DNA of 64,000 nt. Source: Orbicella franksi (taxonomy: Eukaryota). Position numbers and translations under genes: made by a program. Positions 1 through 12,088 of this stretch are shown here, piece after piece. The notes below the pieces were generated by a model that had not been told where the DNA came from, searched no databases, and saw only the letters and a list, made by a program, of their open reading frames with translations. Location of the stretch: NCBI GenBank assembly GCA_964199315.1, contig OZ116711.1:4960001-5024000 (forward strand), in the 5' to 3' direction. Within the stretch, counting starts at the first letter, position 1, and each line of letters begins with the position of its first letter.

Positions 1-306
1 AAACGGTTGCGTATTAAATAATGCAGTATTTTTTTGTTAGCTGTGTGGAAATATTTCCAAAACATTTTATGTGATCCTTGTTCTGAGACTTGCAGAATGG
101 AATTAAATACACCTTCATGCAAATGTACATGTAAGCCGACACCTAAAACTCAACTCAAAGAGTGACTCAATTCTTAACACTTGATTCATCCTCACAAATA
201 TCACCATACTGAAGCATTCTTGATTATTCATACTTTAAGTTTTGGCATCAAGCAAACAATTTTTTTGCAGTTTGCTCTTCTTTTAGTTGGGAGGTGTAAC
301 AAAATA

Positions 307-442
307 CTTAATGACTGGCCCAACAGGAAACACTGGATTTGTTTCCCTGAAACCCTCAATGTTTGCCGAGGTGAAGCTTAGGGGAACACTGAGGGTCTCA
401 AGGAAACAAAACTCCATGTTTCCCTTGTGACCAGTCATTAAG
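307..442. repeat. Imperfect 136-bp palindromic (hairpin) dispersed repeat
   Basis: cttaatgactgg ... ccagtcattaag with inner inverted segments. Confidence 0.7.
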
Positions 443-933
443 TGCTTATTATACCTGTCTTTGACCCTACATTAATTTTATAAGGAAAATGAGAGCGGAA
501 ATAATTTAGCTTAAAGAGTTTTGGCAGTAAACTATAGTTCTCTAAAAAAAATGGCTTAAAAACACAGCTTTGGTGAGATATTCACTATGGAAAATACAAT
601 AAGTAATGGGTAATAGCATCTCTAAAATAATGAAAAGCCACAGAATGTCAGATTTAATTCAGCTACATAGACTTTGATACAGTTTGTTGAATTGAAAAGG
701 CTTGTAACATGTACAACAAAAGCAACTGAATGAAGAAAAAAGGTAGCAAAATCAAAGGGAATATCCACGACAGTTTTGTTCAAAAATTGAAATTGAACTC
801 AGATTTTAGGTATACAATTCAGGTTTGCGCTTCAGCTGAGTTTTTAACCTTACAGTTAGGTCCTGTGCTCCTATACTTTGGGGAACTTTACATCCTGAGC
901 AATAAATTATTTAAGAAATAGAAAACATGTACC

Positions 934-1545
934 GTGTTTCTATCGAGTTATAGAAACACAAGTGGAAGTTTGGGAGAATGAGAAATGCTGTGGGAACAAG
1001 CCGTGGGTGAGTGTTGCCACGGCTTTTTTGAGTTCTTCAAAAACTTTCACGAGTGTTTCTATTAAACAATTAGATTACAGTATGAGCTCGAGATTTCTAT
1101 CACATGATAGATGATGAGGCGCAGCCCGAGTCAACTATCACACATACAAATTGAGAGCGAATAATCTAATTGTTTTAGTATAAATCTACTAGTCGTTCAA
1201 AACTTTAACCAGATCCTCTTCAAAGACTTTGAAAATGCAAAGAAGCGGCCATCATTTTGGTGACAACCGCACACTGCTGCGCTACTCACTATCTATCACA
1301 GAATAGAAAACAAGTGGCGCAGCCAATCAGAGAACAACATTTGTGATAGAACGCTAGTAGATTTATAGTAAAACTCGATAGAAACATGGCAAACATGTTT
1401 TCTATTTCTTTTAGAAAACACTGTGAAGAAAAAAAGAAAAAAGAGCTTGTTTACTTTGATCATCAAAATGTAAATTGTCTCTGCTCGCGCCATCATTATG
1501 TCAATGTCGTGCTAGTTCTGTGTTTCCATCGAGTTATAGAAACAC
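934..1545. repeat. Composite repeat bounded by two palindromic gtgtttc.atcgagttatagaaacac motifs, with an internal hairpin at 1064-1175
   Basis: Motif at 934-959 and 1520-1545; aaacaattagatta ... taatctaattgttt arms. Confidence 0.65.
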
Positions 1546-1962
1546 GATTTTTAACCAATCAGTGTGCATATTTTCTTAGGACTGTTTTCTAATGTCATCT
1601 ATTGATGGTGACAGTTGTGTCAGGTAGGTAAACCCTTGATTCTGACACTCAACTTGTATAAGTCTGCACTTTCAAAACAATTAGCACAGGCAAGCAGAAG
1701 GCCATTTAAAATGTTGAGGATATCGGTGCGGGGGAGGGGAGGGGGATGTGAAAGCCAATAATTTTAAAGGAAATATATAGCTTGCCTGGAATTTCTACAG
1801 CGTGGAGGGGGGGGGGGGGGGGTCAAAGCAAAATACTTTCTGTTGGAAGGGAAAGGAAATTCTGTGAAGAAACACATAGTAGACTTCTGACAAAAAGAGA
1901 GGACTTTTGTTACTTCCACCATTGTTAAATTATTGGAGAACTAAGAATCTGCACTATATACT

Positions 1963-2210
1963 GAGGGTGGTAAAGGGGGGGTATAGATTGATCACGTTTC
2001 ACGGAAAATAAAGCAGCCCTTTCACAATTCACGAAAAATACAACATTGGCATTTCACGCTTCATGGAAAATAAAAGAGAACGTTTTGGAAAATCGCGGTT
2101 CACGGCGACTATGGAAATCACGATTCATGAGGAATAAAATGGCCATTTCACATTTCACAGGAAATAAAAAGGGCCGATCACGGGTCACGAAAATACCCTT
2201 TACCACCCTC
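1963..2210. mobile_element. MITE with perfect 15-bp TIRs and internal tcacg/aaaata repeats
   Basis: gagggtggtaaaggg ... ccctttaccaccctc. Confidence 0.75.
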
Positions 2211-4498
2211 TACACTGTATATGACTTATATGATTTAAACATGGGAAAACAAGTGGCTTTTCTGACTTTATAAATAAGCTTAATATGGAAGGTGTTTGCT
2301 TACAAACATTGTTCTTGTTATTTAAATGTTCAAAACGTTAAACAAAAGAATTCTTTGTTTCCCAGGCCTAAAGTTCCCTGGTTCGCATATTAATAACAAT
2401 AGGTGACGTCACTGATATCTTTGCAATAAGTTGTAAACAAACTCATCTAGATCGAATGAAGATACCAGTTTATCTATGCACCTCTACCAAGGTAGAATAA
2501 ACTCCTAGGTACATATACGACATTTAAATCCTACACTATTATCTAGTCTATTATTGCAAGGCAATATAATCATCAGTTTACCTTCAAACGGAGATCTTCT
2601 GAGTTTGTCAACAAACGCACACACAACGTCTCCATATTCTACCTCCTGGTTCCAAAACGTAATAAAAGTATCGTAAATCGACTTATATCTGTTATACCTG
2701 GTTTAAAGCGTTTTTAAACAAAGAACAAACCTGTTAAACTCAATTTTTTTCATTGTTTTCTTGCACACGTGCCAAAATGGCGGAGACGAACCACACTCGC
2801 AAAGATCCCTGGGGGATAGCTCCGACGGAAAAATGGCGGGAAAAGCCAACCTCCGCCATTTTGAAAATCGTCGAGAAGAAGGCCCTGGGGACAAGGTTGA
2901 GGAAAAGGCCGTTGGGAGGTGGGACGAAGGAAGTCTGGGAGTAGGGAGCAGGGAGGGACCCGGCGGGGAATTCGATATGAAAATGACGGGGTTGCTCGTC
3001 GTACCTTTTAGGGGTTGAAAAAGCGGTTTTGGTACCGAAAAAAATTGACAGGAGGTAATGTGGTTTGCTTTAGAACTGGTACCTCTTAGAAAAGAGTCCC
3101 CCCGGGGGAGGGGTCACCTACGGGAAAGAAGGCATCTCAATCACTCCAAATCCAAACATTTCCCAACAATTTAATCAATAATGAGTGTAAGCAGGCTAAC
3201 CAGGGCTGATAAAAATTTTAAAACATAATTAAATTTTGCGTCTTGATATGGTGAAAATTCTAATAACTAAGGATTTCAACATCGCTGTGGGAGTGAAAGA
3301 CACTTTATGCACAGGTCTCCACACTACATTGACGGCATATAACTTGCTGTGTGTGGTCGATCTCGGACTATGCCATTAGGTTCAGAGGGCTTTATTTGAG
3401 TGTTCCGAAGACCACCACATAGAAAACGATCAAACTTGAAGCTAAAAACCGCATGATCGCCCCTACAAACCTACGACGCACTTCGACGATGAACCACAAC
3501 ACGAATAAATGCTATTCGATTCCATTCATTTCCCCTAAACGGAGTTATCTGGTTATTCAGCAAAACGAAGGTATCAGCAACAGACATTTTTGACTCAGCC
3601 TGTTTTCTTCTCATCATTTTACGGTAAGCAGTGAGGCGAGGGTTTGTGTGTGGAAGTTCCAAGATAACTTTTGCACAACTCAAAAACAAAACGTTTGACA
3701 AATGACATAAGTGTTATCATCGTGCTTTTTCTTATCTTGTGCACTTCAAAATTATCATTTAGTTGTAATAAAATCCCCCCAGCCTTCTCAATATAATCAC
3801 TAGAATGCGAAGAGTGGATCAAGTCTTCTCTCAAATCCGTGTTGAACAACTCAAGCGAAATAAAATTGTCGTGGTGTCAGTACCTTATGTTCGAACCACG
3901 AGTATCTTGTGGCCTCAGTGCTGCAGAGAAATTAGAATGTGGCTAAACTGCCCGAAGCTTCGATCGCCGCTTGCCTTACTGACCACGCTATCTTCCCTTT
4001 CGCTGTACAATATAACTAATAAAATGTTAAACTGGGCAGCTTTTGGTCCCTTTATTTTGTTGAGTGTTCCTTTACGAAAGAGGCGAGGCCACGATCCAGG
4101 AGTCTGGTGAGTATTCAAGCACTCGCGCGCAAAAAATAACCCTCCAGCTATCCAGACTATCTCTTTCAGCGCGTGTGATGTGACAAAATTTTAGCCTCCT
4201 TTCTTTTAGGCTCGTCACGCAATCTGAACGTCTGCCTGTCGAGTCAAAGAGTTTCAGCGTGAATACAAGATATTTTCAGAGCCATCGAGTCGAACACAAT
4301 GCAAGTAAGAAGTTTGACGTTTGTTGACCATCAAATTGGTTTAGGAGGCAAAATGTTTAGAACTTCGTAAAAACGGTCTTAAAATATGCACATTCAAGGA
4401 GTGAAAGCTACCGTGGGAATAAAAACATAAAACTATACTGTTGGTCATTGAATTTTGTATCATTTGATTTGTTTTGGCGGGAAACCCACAAAGTGAGT

Positions 4499-4871
4499 TT
4501 ACCTGCTGCTGGTGTACTTGGTCATAGCCTTGGTTGCTTCACTCATATTGTGTTTGGTCAGTTCACCGGGCAGAAGCAGCCTGATGGCGGTCTGGATCTC
4601 GCGGGAGCTGATGGTTGATTTCTTGTTGTAGTGGGCAAGGCGGGAAGCTTCGGTGGCGACGCGCTCGAAGACGTCGTTGACGAACGAGTTCATGATGTCC
4701 ATGGCTTTGCTGGAGATACCAGTGTCAGGGTGAACTTGCTTCAACACCTCATAGATGTAGATAGCATAGCTTTCTTTTCTCTTTCCCCTCCTCTTCTTCT
4801 TTCCATCAGCGGTGGCCTTTGCCTTACCGTCTTTCTTCTAACCTCTTTCCCCCTGCTACTTTGCGTGCCAT
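4499..4871 (-). pseudogene. H2B: Histone H2B pseudogene (isolated copy)
   Basis: MARKVAG...[34 protein letters not shown]...[24 protein letters not shown] to stop is 373 nt (one extra base in the G run near 4849-4853), there is a TAG at 4840-4838 in the histone frame, and conserved residues are substituted (AKHAVSEG to TKHNMSEA). Confidence 0.9.
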
Positions 4872-6110
4872 GTCTGCAAATCAGAAAGGAATTGAATGAC
4901 AGAAGGATGGATAGGATACGTATTAAGGATCTCTTACATAAGGATTGATCCTTAATTTGTGATGCGGTCATATTATTTTGCTATTTTTCATGGATTTTAT
5001 CAGTTAAAATTTCTGATCATTTCTCAGCTATCACTTGAAAAGCGCGTCATTATTCAGCTTACATTTTAAATTTTGCACAATGAAGTTCTTGGCTTAAGCC
5101 CTGGTCAAACGGACTCGCAAGTAGACGCAAGTTGAAAACTTGGGTCTACTTGCGACTCCGTTTGGCCAGGCCATGCGTGCACTTGCGTTGACTTGCGCTC
5201 ACTTTGGTCGAGATCAAATTTGTACGCAAGTCGACGCAAGTTTTTCACCGTTTAGCCACCCAACCCAAGTCAACACAACTTGTGTTCGCTCGCTTCCAGT
5301 TGTTCGATCTTCGCCTGGAAAAGGAAAGGAAAGGTCTGTTACGCAAGCTAGTGGGAGAAGTACACAACCACTTGATATAGATTTTTAAGCTTAATTATGG
5401 ACTCTCAAGGTAGAAGAAGTACCAGCGCTCTTTCTACACCGTTCCAAGAGTTCCAAGAACTGTATTAACGATTTTTTCCCAAAACAAGTTTACCAAAAGG
5501 TCTTCTTAGTACAAGGGTTTTTTTCAAAGGTAAACAGGTTTTAGGGATTTTGTCTGCAAATATTCGTTTTACAGTTTCAAGATAGGAAATGCTAAACTAC
5601 AAAAAGTTTACCAAATTGGTTCTTTCATTTCACCGTACAGTACATTTGGTTTGAGAGTGTGAACAATTATTAAGGATTTCTACCTACGCTAATTCAATAC
5701 AGAGACCTGCAAAATTATAATTTCCTTTGTATTAAGCCGTCTAATGTTTCACCTGCAAACTTAATTATCTGTTTTCTCAGTAAATGGTTTCAGTAAGTGA
5801 AACGTGCCTGTACCCATCAGCCAACAGTGGTGCAGCCGGGCAGCTTGTCAATGAATGCAAATTGGGCCAGCCTCCTCTTGGTCAAAGTTAATCAATTTAC
5901 CACCATTTGTATTCATGGTAAAACAATCCAAGTGGCTACAAACAATACTCGAGTTAACATGCTGTCTACATTAGCTAACTAACATTAGAAAGGCTTTTGT
6001 AACGTCTTCAGTTCTCCTCAGTTCTCGTGTTATCTTAACACAAGAAAACCCTCGTAGACCTCGAAAATTAAAAATCCTGCTTCGTAAGTACCATTAGCTA
6101 GGTGACGTAA

Positions 6111-6353
6111 AGGAGCTCAGCCACGATATTAATTTTGAGTTATTTTGGCCACGTGCAAAATTACTTTTAAATTGAAGAAAACGTGAAAATCGTAGTTTAC
6201 TAAGATAGAAAAGCACCAAAGAAATAATACTAAACCATGAAGGTACAAGGATTGCTAAGGCCAGGATGGAGAAGATTAACACGGATTAGAAACGACGAAC
6301 TTGAAAAATTTAGACTAAACCTTTCCACATGCGCAAAACGTGACGGGGCTCCT
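6111..6353. mobile_element. Copy of the TTAA-flanked Kolobok-like MITE family
   Basis: aggagctcagccacg ... cgtgacggggctcct|ttaa. Confidence 0.7.
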
Positions 6354-8056
6354 TTAAATATGGTGCTAACGATTCTAGGTGATTCTAAAAATAAAAGCGT
6401 ACTAAGCATCATTACTCGAGACATGGAATACTTTATACTCTACGAAGCTTTTTTTAAAGTTTGAGTGTGACGGCGAAAAACGCACGTTCTCGCACGTCGA
6501 GGGCCTGCCTACTAAATTTCAATTTGAAATTACAGTCAAACACTGAGGGCAAATTAATGTTATCAGTAGTAAAGCTGGAGGTTATTTAGTCTCTAAGAGC
6601 ATCTTTTTAATGAAAAAGTCAGTGGTGACAAAAGGGGCGCCGGGGGGACTGAGTATTCCACATCTCGAGTGTTTGACCGAAATATTCCGTTTCCCGTTAA
6701 TTCTAGCCGCCAAAATTTACAATTTTCCTCCTCGAGATCCCGTTTTATCTGGTCTGAATATCACTAATCCCATTACTTTTTACTCCATATATCCCTTATC
6801 CCGTTAATCTTTTACCTAAATATCCTGCATCCCGAAAACCCCTAATAGGGCCTCAGCGGCATTTTCCATTAGTTTTGCAAACAGTAGGTTGTTAGCGACA
6901 GATCGCAAGTAGATATTTGCTGTAGCACTCAAAATAAATTATAGAAAATGTAAAGAAATGTAGTAGAGTTCTCAAATCCGAGAAAGAAACACAGATGTAT
7001 GGGTTTACGTCACATCCGAAACGTTTGCCTTTATAACAGTTACAAAATTTGAGCACTCTAACAAATTTCTCAGTATTTTCTATCATTAGCAACAGAAATC
7101 ATTCAAGTGCACGTTTAAATATTGATTGATGGCGAATGGCAGGTGTTCATGTTCAGGCGATCTAATTTGAAAAAGTTCCAAATGGACAGCTCTAATTTGA
7201 CAAGTACTTCACCGTGCTGAGAAGCACAAATAATAGGCGCGCTGAGAACCAATCGGAAAAGAGAATTTTGTTATCTGATACCAGTAAAACGTAATAACAT
7301 TAATGGTTTTATAATCATAATAGACCTGGCAAGTGACTGAGAACTTTAGGAGGTGGAACCCATGGCTAATGAAATGAATAATAATACAACACCGGCAAAC
7401 TTGAAATGTGAAACTCCGGTTAATAATTCATTTGACCCTTGTTTCAAAATGAAATTCTTTAATCTTATTTAGCTGAGTTTAATCTTATTAAGATTGAATT
7501 TAACAGAATTAATTAAGGAGGGGAAACGTAGATGTTACTTCTAATCACAAATTTAAAATTCTACAGATCTTAGACAGCATGAAGTGATAAGTCAACTAGT
7601 TTGATAGACAAGTTCAAAAAAATATATTTAATCGAAAACGGTTGTTAAACCCAATTTGGCCGCGAAAGTATTTCCCTGAGGAAAGCATTTTGCTAAGACA
7701 GATGTTATCGCGATTCTTAAATTATAGGTAATGGCTAAAATCGATTGATTTCGTTTCAGAATTAAAGTTAATAAGATTGCGAATTGTTTGCCATAATTTA
7801 CGTAAATTCTGTCAAACAGGTTGAAGGTCGGAAATGAAATCTTCACCAGAAATAGATTAGCTTGCCCTTGCAACCAATAAAAAACCTACTTGTCAAAAAC
7901 TCATTAAAATCGTCATTTGCTAAAGGTACGCTTTTCAATTGAAGAAACTTATATGTTCGTCACCGACTAAAAGTAACTTAAAGACTGTTTTACTAAGTAA
8001 GCACTGAGAATTCCCCACTCTGTTTGCAAATCATCTTTTTCGGTGTATTCAAGACG

Positions 8057-8959
8057 ATGGAAACAAGCGCTTGCTTCAACAAAGAACATCATCTTCGTGC
8101 AATATTTGGAATCATCTATTTGCTTACATCTCTCGTTGCCTCGATTGGAAATGGCGTTCTGCTTTACATCGTAAACCGTGATCCACTGAAACTCTTCAAC
8201 AAACCTACCAACGTGTTGAACATTTTCGCCGCACTCAACCATTTTTCCTCGGGCGTCGTTGTTCTTCCACTTATTGGAATTAACAGTATTTTGACGAGCC
8301 AAGGGATCGCCAGTGAAGTCGCAAAGTTATTCGAAAATGTTTTGGTTAGCTTTGTTGCAAGTAATGAATCTGTGTTGCTCCTCATTCTGTTCGTTGAACG
8401 CTACACTGCTTTTGTGTTCCCGCTGTCAAATCGACACTACGCCACTATGACACGAGCGAAACGAGTCTGCACCGCATCGACAATAACCTGTTTGCTGTTT
8501 TCCTGCATCTTATTCGTAGGCGTCTCCGAATACGTGTTTTACCTGTTGACCCTTTCACTGTTTATATTGCTACCATGCTTCCTAATGATAATTGTACTTA
8601 TTGCAGGATTTTGCGGTTTGAAACGCCGGACTCAAGTGAAGCCAGGCAACTCAAGCGAGCTATCGCTAGACCAAAGTAAGAAAAAACGAAATTTGCAACT
8701 TCGCAAGTACTTAAACGCGGCGACTCGAGGAACAATTTCTGCTATACTACCCTTGATATTTTACTGTGTTGTTAAGTTTCTCGGACTACGTGAAGCTGAA
8801 TTTTCTACAACTTCATGCTATGATCTTCTTGAACATATATCATTTGTAATTTTGTTCTTTCCATCCGTGGTGACTCCTGTCATTGTGTATTGGAAAATTC
8901 CCGTGTATAGGCGCTCAGCAAGACATCTTTGGCAGCGAAGAAAACAAGGTGCCATTTAA
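8057..8959 (+). CDS. Intronless class A (rhodopsin-like) orphan GPCR, 300 aa
   Basis: Uninterrupted ORF with seven hydrophobic segments; TM1 GN, TM3 ERY, TM7 TPVIVY followed by helix-8-like IPVYRRS; ATG at 8057 preferred over the TTG at 8024. Confidence 0.85.
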   Translation: METSACFNKEHHLRAIFGIIYLLTSLVASIGNGVLLYIVNRDPLKLFNKPTNVLNIFAALNHFSSGVVVLPLIGINSILTSQGIASEVAKLFENVLVSFVASNESVLLLILFVERYTAFVFPLSNRHYATMTRAKRVCTASTITCLLFSCILFVGVSEYVFYLLTLSLFILLPCFLMIIVLIAGFCGLKRRTQVKPGNSSELSLDQSKKKRNLQLRKYLNAATRGTISAILPLIFYCVVKFLGLREAEFSTTSCYDLLEHISFVILFFPSVVTPVIVYWKIPVYRRSARHLWQRRKQGAI

Positions 8960-9077
8960 AAAGATAGTATTCTCTTTTCTAGCTGGCCATTGCATTTTGA
9001 AGGATTCAACTGGTTCCCATTTACACACATTGCTAAAAGGTTTTTAAAACAAACTTGGAAAATTAATTAATTTATCG

Positions 9078-9510
9078 TTTCATAAAGTGTCATGCGATCG
9101 ATGTTTTACTCTATGGTTCTGAGATCTGGCCCATGACTAAAGCTGATAAAAACACGTTTAGCACCTTCCAACATAAACGTTTCAAGATATGGCCCTATGA
9201 TAGTTAGAAATGAGGAAGTCAAAAGAGAATTAGATATGGCTCAAGTGAACTAAATACCATGGAAGAGGTGGCAGTGGTTTGGTCTAGGTTAGGAATGGAG
9301 AAGGATAAGATACCACGGATCGCCGTGACGTGGGCACAAGAGGAAAACAGAATGAGAGGACGACCGAGAGAGGCATGGGGAGATAATCAAACAGCAGGAG
9401 TTGGGAGTAAGATCTTGGGCCCAGGCCTCCACTGTTGCGCGCGATAGAGGTCGCTAGACAGAATTCCCTACAGGGGAAAATTAAATAGAATAAAAATAAA
9501 GAAAGAGATT
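9078..9510 (+). mobile_element. Decayed, 5'-truncated RTE-type LINE 3' fragment
   Basis: Frameshifted remnants VLLYGSEIWP, RWQWFG, RMEKDKIPRIAVTW and RMRGRPRE match the RTE-clade ORF C-terminus; A-rich tail follows. Confidence 0.75.
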
Positions 9511-11101
9511 TTCTTGTCAAACGCCAAGAATATAGGAATTAATTTTAATATTGTGAGACAGGTGAAGTCGCGGGATCAGTTTTCCACGTACAAGCAGAAC
9601 TCTAATTAAAATATTTTATCTAACGTACAGTTTGTCTTCCATGTGTGTCTTCACAAGGTGAACTAATATTTACATTTTGTAAGTACAACAAAAAAGAGAA
9701 AAAATTGTCAGCTTAAAGACAAGTTATTTTTAATGTATCTTTATGGTATAGAAATTCTTTTTAAATGTAAATAGATTTAGGTGTAAGTGTCTTAATAGCG
9801 GTAAGGTTACAAAAGTTTGCGTTTGGGAGATGAATATTCCGTATCAGTTTTTCGTAAATAAATTATAAAAGATATGAGTTTACTGAGTTATCGGCCCTTT
9901 CTTATTTCCGCGTGGTTATGAATTATTGGACATTTCCAGCTATTCCCTTGTACCGTGTCAACCAGTATCAGAGAATGTTTTTCGCTCTTTTGCATGTTTA
10001 AGCTTAATGTCGCAAAAAATGAACGAGGCCAATATCCAGCCATCTCAGGTTTTGGTTCATTTTGCCACTCAAGGAGCAAACTGTTTTTAACCAATCAGAA
10101 GCAGCAAAACCACTCGTGACGTCGTATTCGCTCGTTTTCCCGCGCTCAGCGCGTGTTACCTGTTAAGACTTTGATTCTGATTGGATTAGTACGTCGCCGT
10201 ACGTTTACCGTGATTGTCCAGACTTTTTTCGTTCGGTTTTGGCTTCATATCGTCTCTGACGGAGAAATTATTCACGCTGCATTTAGTGACTGAAAATTTC
10301 CAACGGAAGCTAAGGTTTCCTTAGCCTGTGTACAGCCGTCTAACTTGCGGTTGTGCTCAACATTGATACAGACGTTGAACGCCGTTTGATTCGAGCGTTG
10401 AATGAAAGGAGCGTTAGTGACGGTGGAAATTTGTATCCTCTGTGGTTGGTGATTATCAAGTGCATTTGATATTGTGTCGGAGAGAGTTTCTAGCTGCGAT
10501 ACAGACGGCAGTGAGCTGTAGTGAGCTACATTTCGCTCGCTGCTGTGCCCTGAAACAGACAGAGAACCTCACGCTGATGTTTCTTTCCTAACACCAATCT
10601 GAGTAAACAGTTATTTCGAGACGGAGAAAAGTTGGAGAAAAGTTGGAAAAGTTCTTAATTACATTAATCTCATAAACAATTAGCTTATTAGATTTGTTAA
10701 ATTCGAGGCAAAGAAATGGCTTTTTTTTTTTTTCCTGAAATGACTAATTTTGTGTTTGGTTTTAGTCTCGCTCGACTGCCGACTGAGACCGCTCGAGAAT
10801 TTTTTCCGAGCCATTTTCCATGAAGAAACGGCTTTTTCTTTCTTCTTTCTGCTTCTCATACCTGTTCACAGCCTCGACAAGACGTTTTTCTACCGTACAC
10901 TTCGCTCAGTCACTTAAAACATTATCGAAATTCTCAAATCTTTCCGTCATTTAACAAAAAATAGAAGGAAAATGTTTGTTATATTGACGTCATGTATCAT
11001 TTTCTGTCCTCAAATAGATCATAGGTGAGAACCAGTGAAAATGCGACAATTATTTGACTTATTATGTAAAAGTGGTTAAATTATTTCTACTTAATTTTTA
11101 G

Positions 11102-11316
11102 GTAATGCCCTTTTCATCTGTGAGCAGATTTTAAATGGGGATAAAAGCGGCCCAGAGGAAGTTGTTTCTGAGTCACTGAACATGTTACTGGTATGTGAAG
11201 GAAAGGAAAGATCAGCAAAAGAATACAAACAGGTTTTGGAGAAGCATGGCTTTGTCGACATTCAAGTGAAACTAGTTCGCATTGCTATGGATGCCATTTT
11301 ATGCGAAAATAATTGA
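11102..11316 (+). CDS. ASMT: Terminal exon of an acetylserotonin O-methyltransferase-like (class I SAM O-methyltransferase) gene; upstream exons not found, so possibly a pseudo-exon
   Basis: Acceptor tttttag at 11100-11101, phase 1, open to TGA: GNALFICEQILNGDKSGPEEVVSESLNMLLVCEGKERSAKEYKQVLEKHGFVDIQVKLVRIAMDAILCENN*. This resembles the ASMT/HIOMT C-terminus pattern (E..L..D..GP.....SLNML...EG.ER....Y..LL...GF......DAIL) recalled from knowledge of the family. Confidence 0.7.
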
Positions 11317-11856
11317 CTTTCTACCCAGCATGGGTCCAAGTGTCCCATTCATGCTTAGCCGTTTGGGCGTTTCACTTAATTTCTCCTTATATCTTTGCCC
11401 TTAAACCTAATGACAACCTTGAAGTTTCGGGGTTTACAAGTTCTCGTTACTTTCAAAGTTTCAACAATTTTCATAAATTTCAGTCCTCGAGGGGCACAAG
11501 AGAGGTGGGGGGTGGGGGGAGTGTAAGTTGGTAAGTTTGTAAGTTCAGGTTTCCGCGTTTCAATAAGTTTTACTATGTTTCCAGGTTTACGTTTTTAGGT
11601 TTCGTGATATTCATAGTTTAGATTTTCATAGGTGTGAATAGGCTTGATCCAAAATGTGGAAGCGTAATGTACAAATTACAATTATATCTACATTTTGTAT
11701 ATCATTAACTTACTTTAAATAGAATTTATTTACGTTTTAAAGATCAGCAACTTAGTTTTAGTTTAGAACACGATGAGACTGCAAGCGTCAGCGAAAAATA
11801 AAGCAAAATCGAGCTTACGATGACAATTGCCACAACCGTTTATGGTTTTAGATAAC

Positions 11857-11868
11857 TTTATTTTTATT
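11857..11868 (-). promoter_or_regulatory. Tandem AATAAA polyadenylation signals of the giant gene
   Basis: tttatt at 11857-11862 and 11863-11868 on the plus strand, downstream of the predicted stop. Confidence 0.55.
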
Positions 11869-11998
11869 CAGTAAACAGAACAACAACGTGTTTATCTGAT
11901 TCAGATTAGCTTTAGTTAAATTAAGAGTAAGGATATCCCAGCAAATCTAAGAATATATAACTCATTTAAGATTAAATGAAATGTAATTTTGTTAAATA

Positions 11999-12088
11999 TT
12001 ATTGCTGGGTCTTCTTGGTTTCATTTTCTTCTTTCTGCATTAACGGCCTCAGAAGTTCTGCTCGTTTATGGATATCCGCTTCCTTGGA
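11999..12088 (-). CDS. Probable terminal coding exon (SKEADIHKRAELLRPLMQKEENETKKTQQ*)
   Basis: Strong GTAAGA donor at 12933; pyrimidine-rich acceptor (ttttttccctttgatcaacag) at 12089; phase 0; TAA at 12001-11999; AATAAA signals ~130 nt downstream. Confidence 0.7.
   Translation of the reverse strand, partial: SKEADIHKRAELLRPLMQKEENETKKTQQ

Noticed and set aside
4270-4395. Partial histone stem-loop-like strings (ttttcagagcc on the plus strand; ttttaagacc on the minus strand)
   Set aside because: Only half-stems are present; one has the wrong orientation and neither can pair.
4631-4971. ORFs 4631-4948 (+) and 4741-4971 (-)
   Set aside because: They are antisense or off-frame readings of the H2B pseudogene.
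7346-7366. LGGGTHG peptide resembling the ASMT SAM-binding DLGGGTG motif
   Set aside because: It is immediately followed by a stop, has no supporting flanking similarity and lacks convincing splice sites.
8024-8056. TTG start for the GPCR
   Set aside because: The gene is eukaryotic, and the in-frame ATG at 8057 gives a normal short N-terminus.
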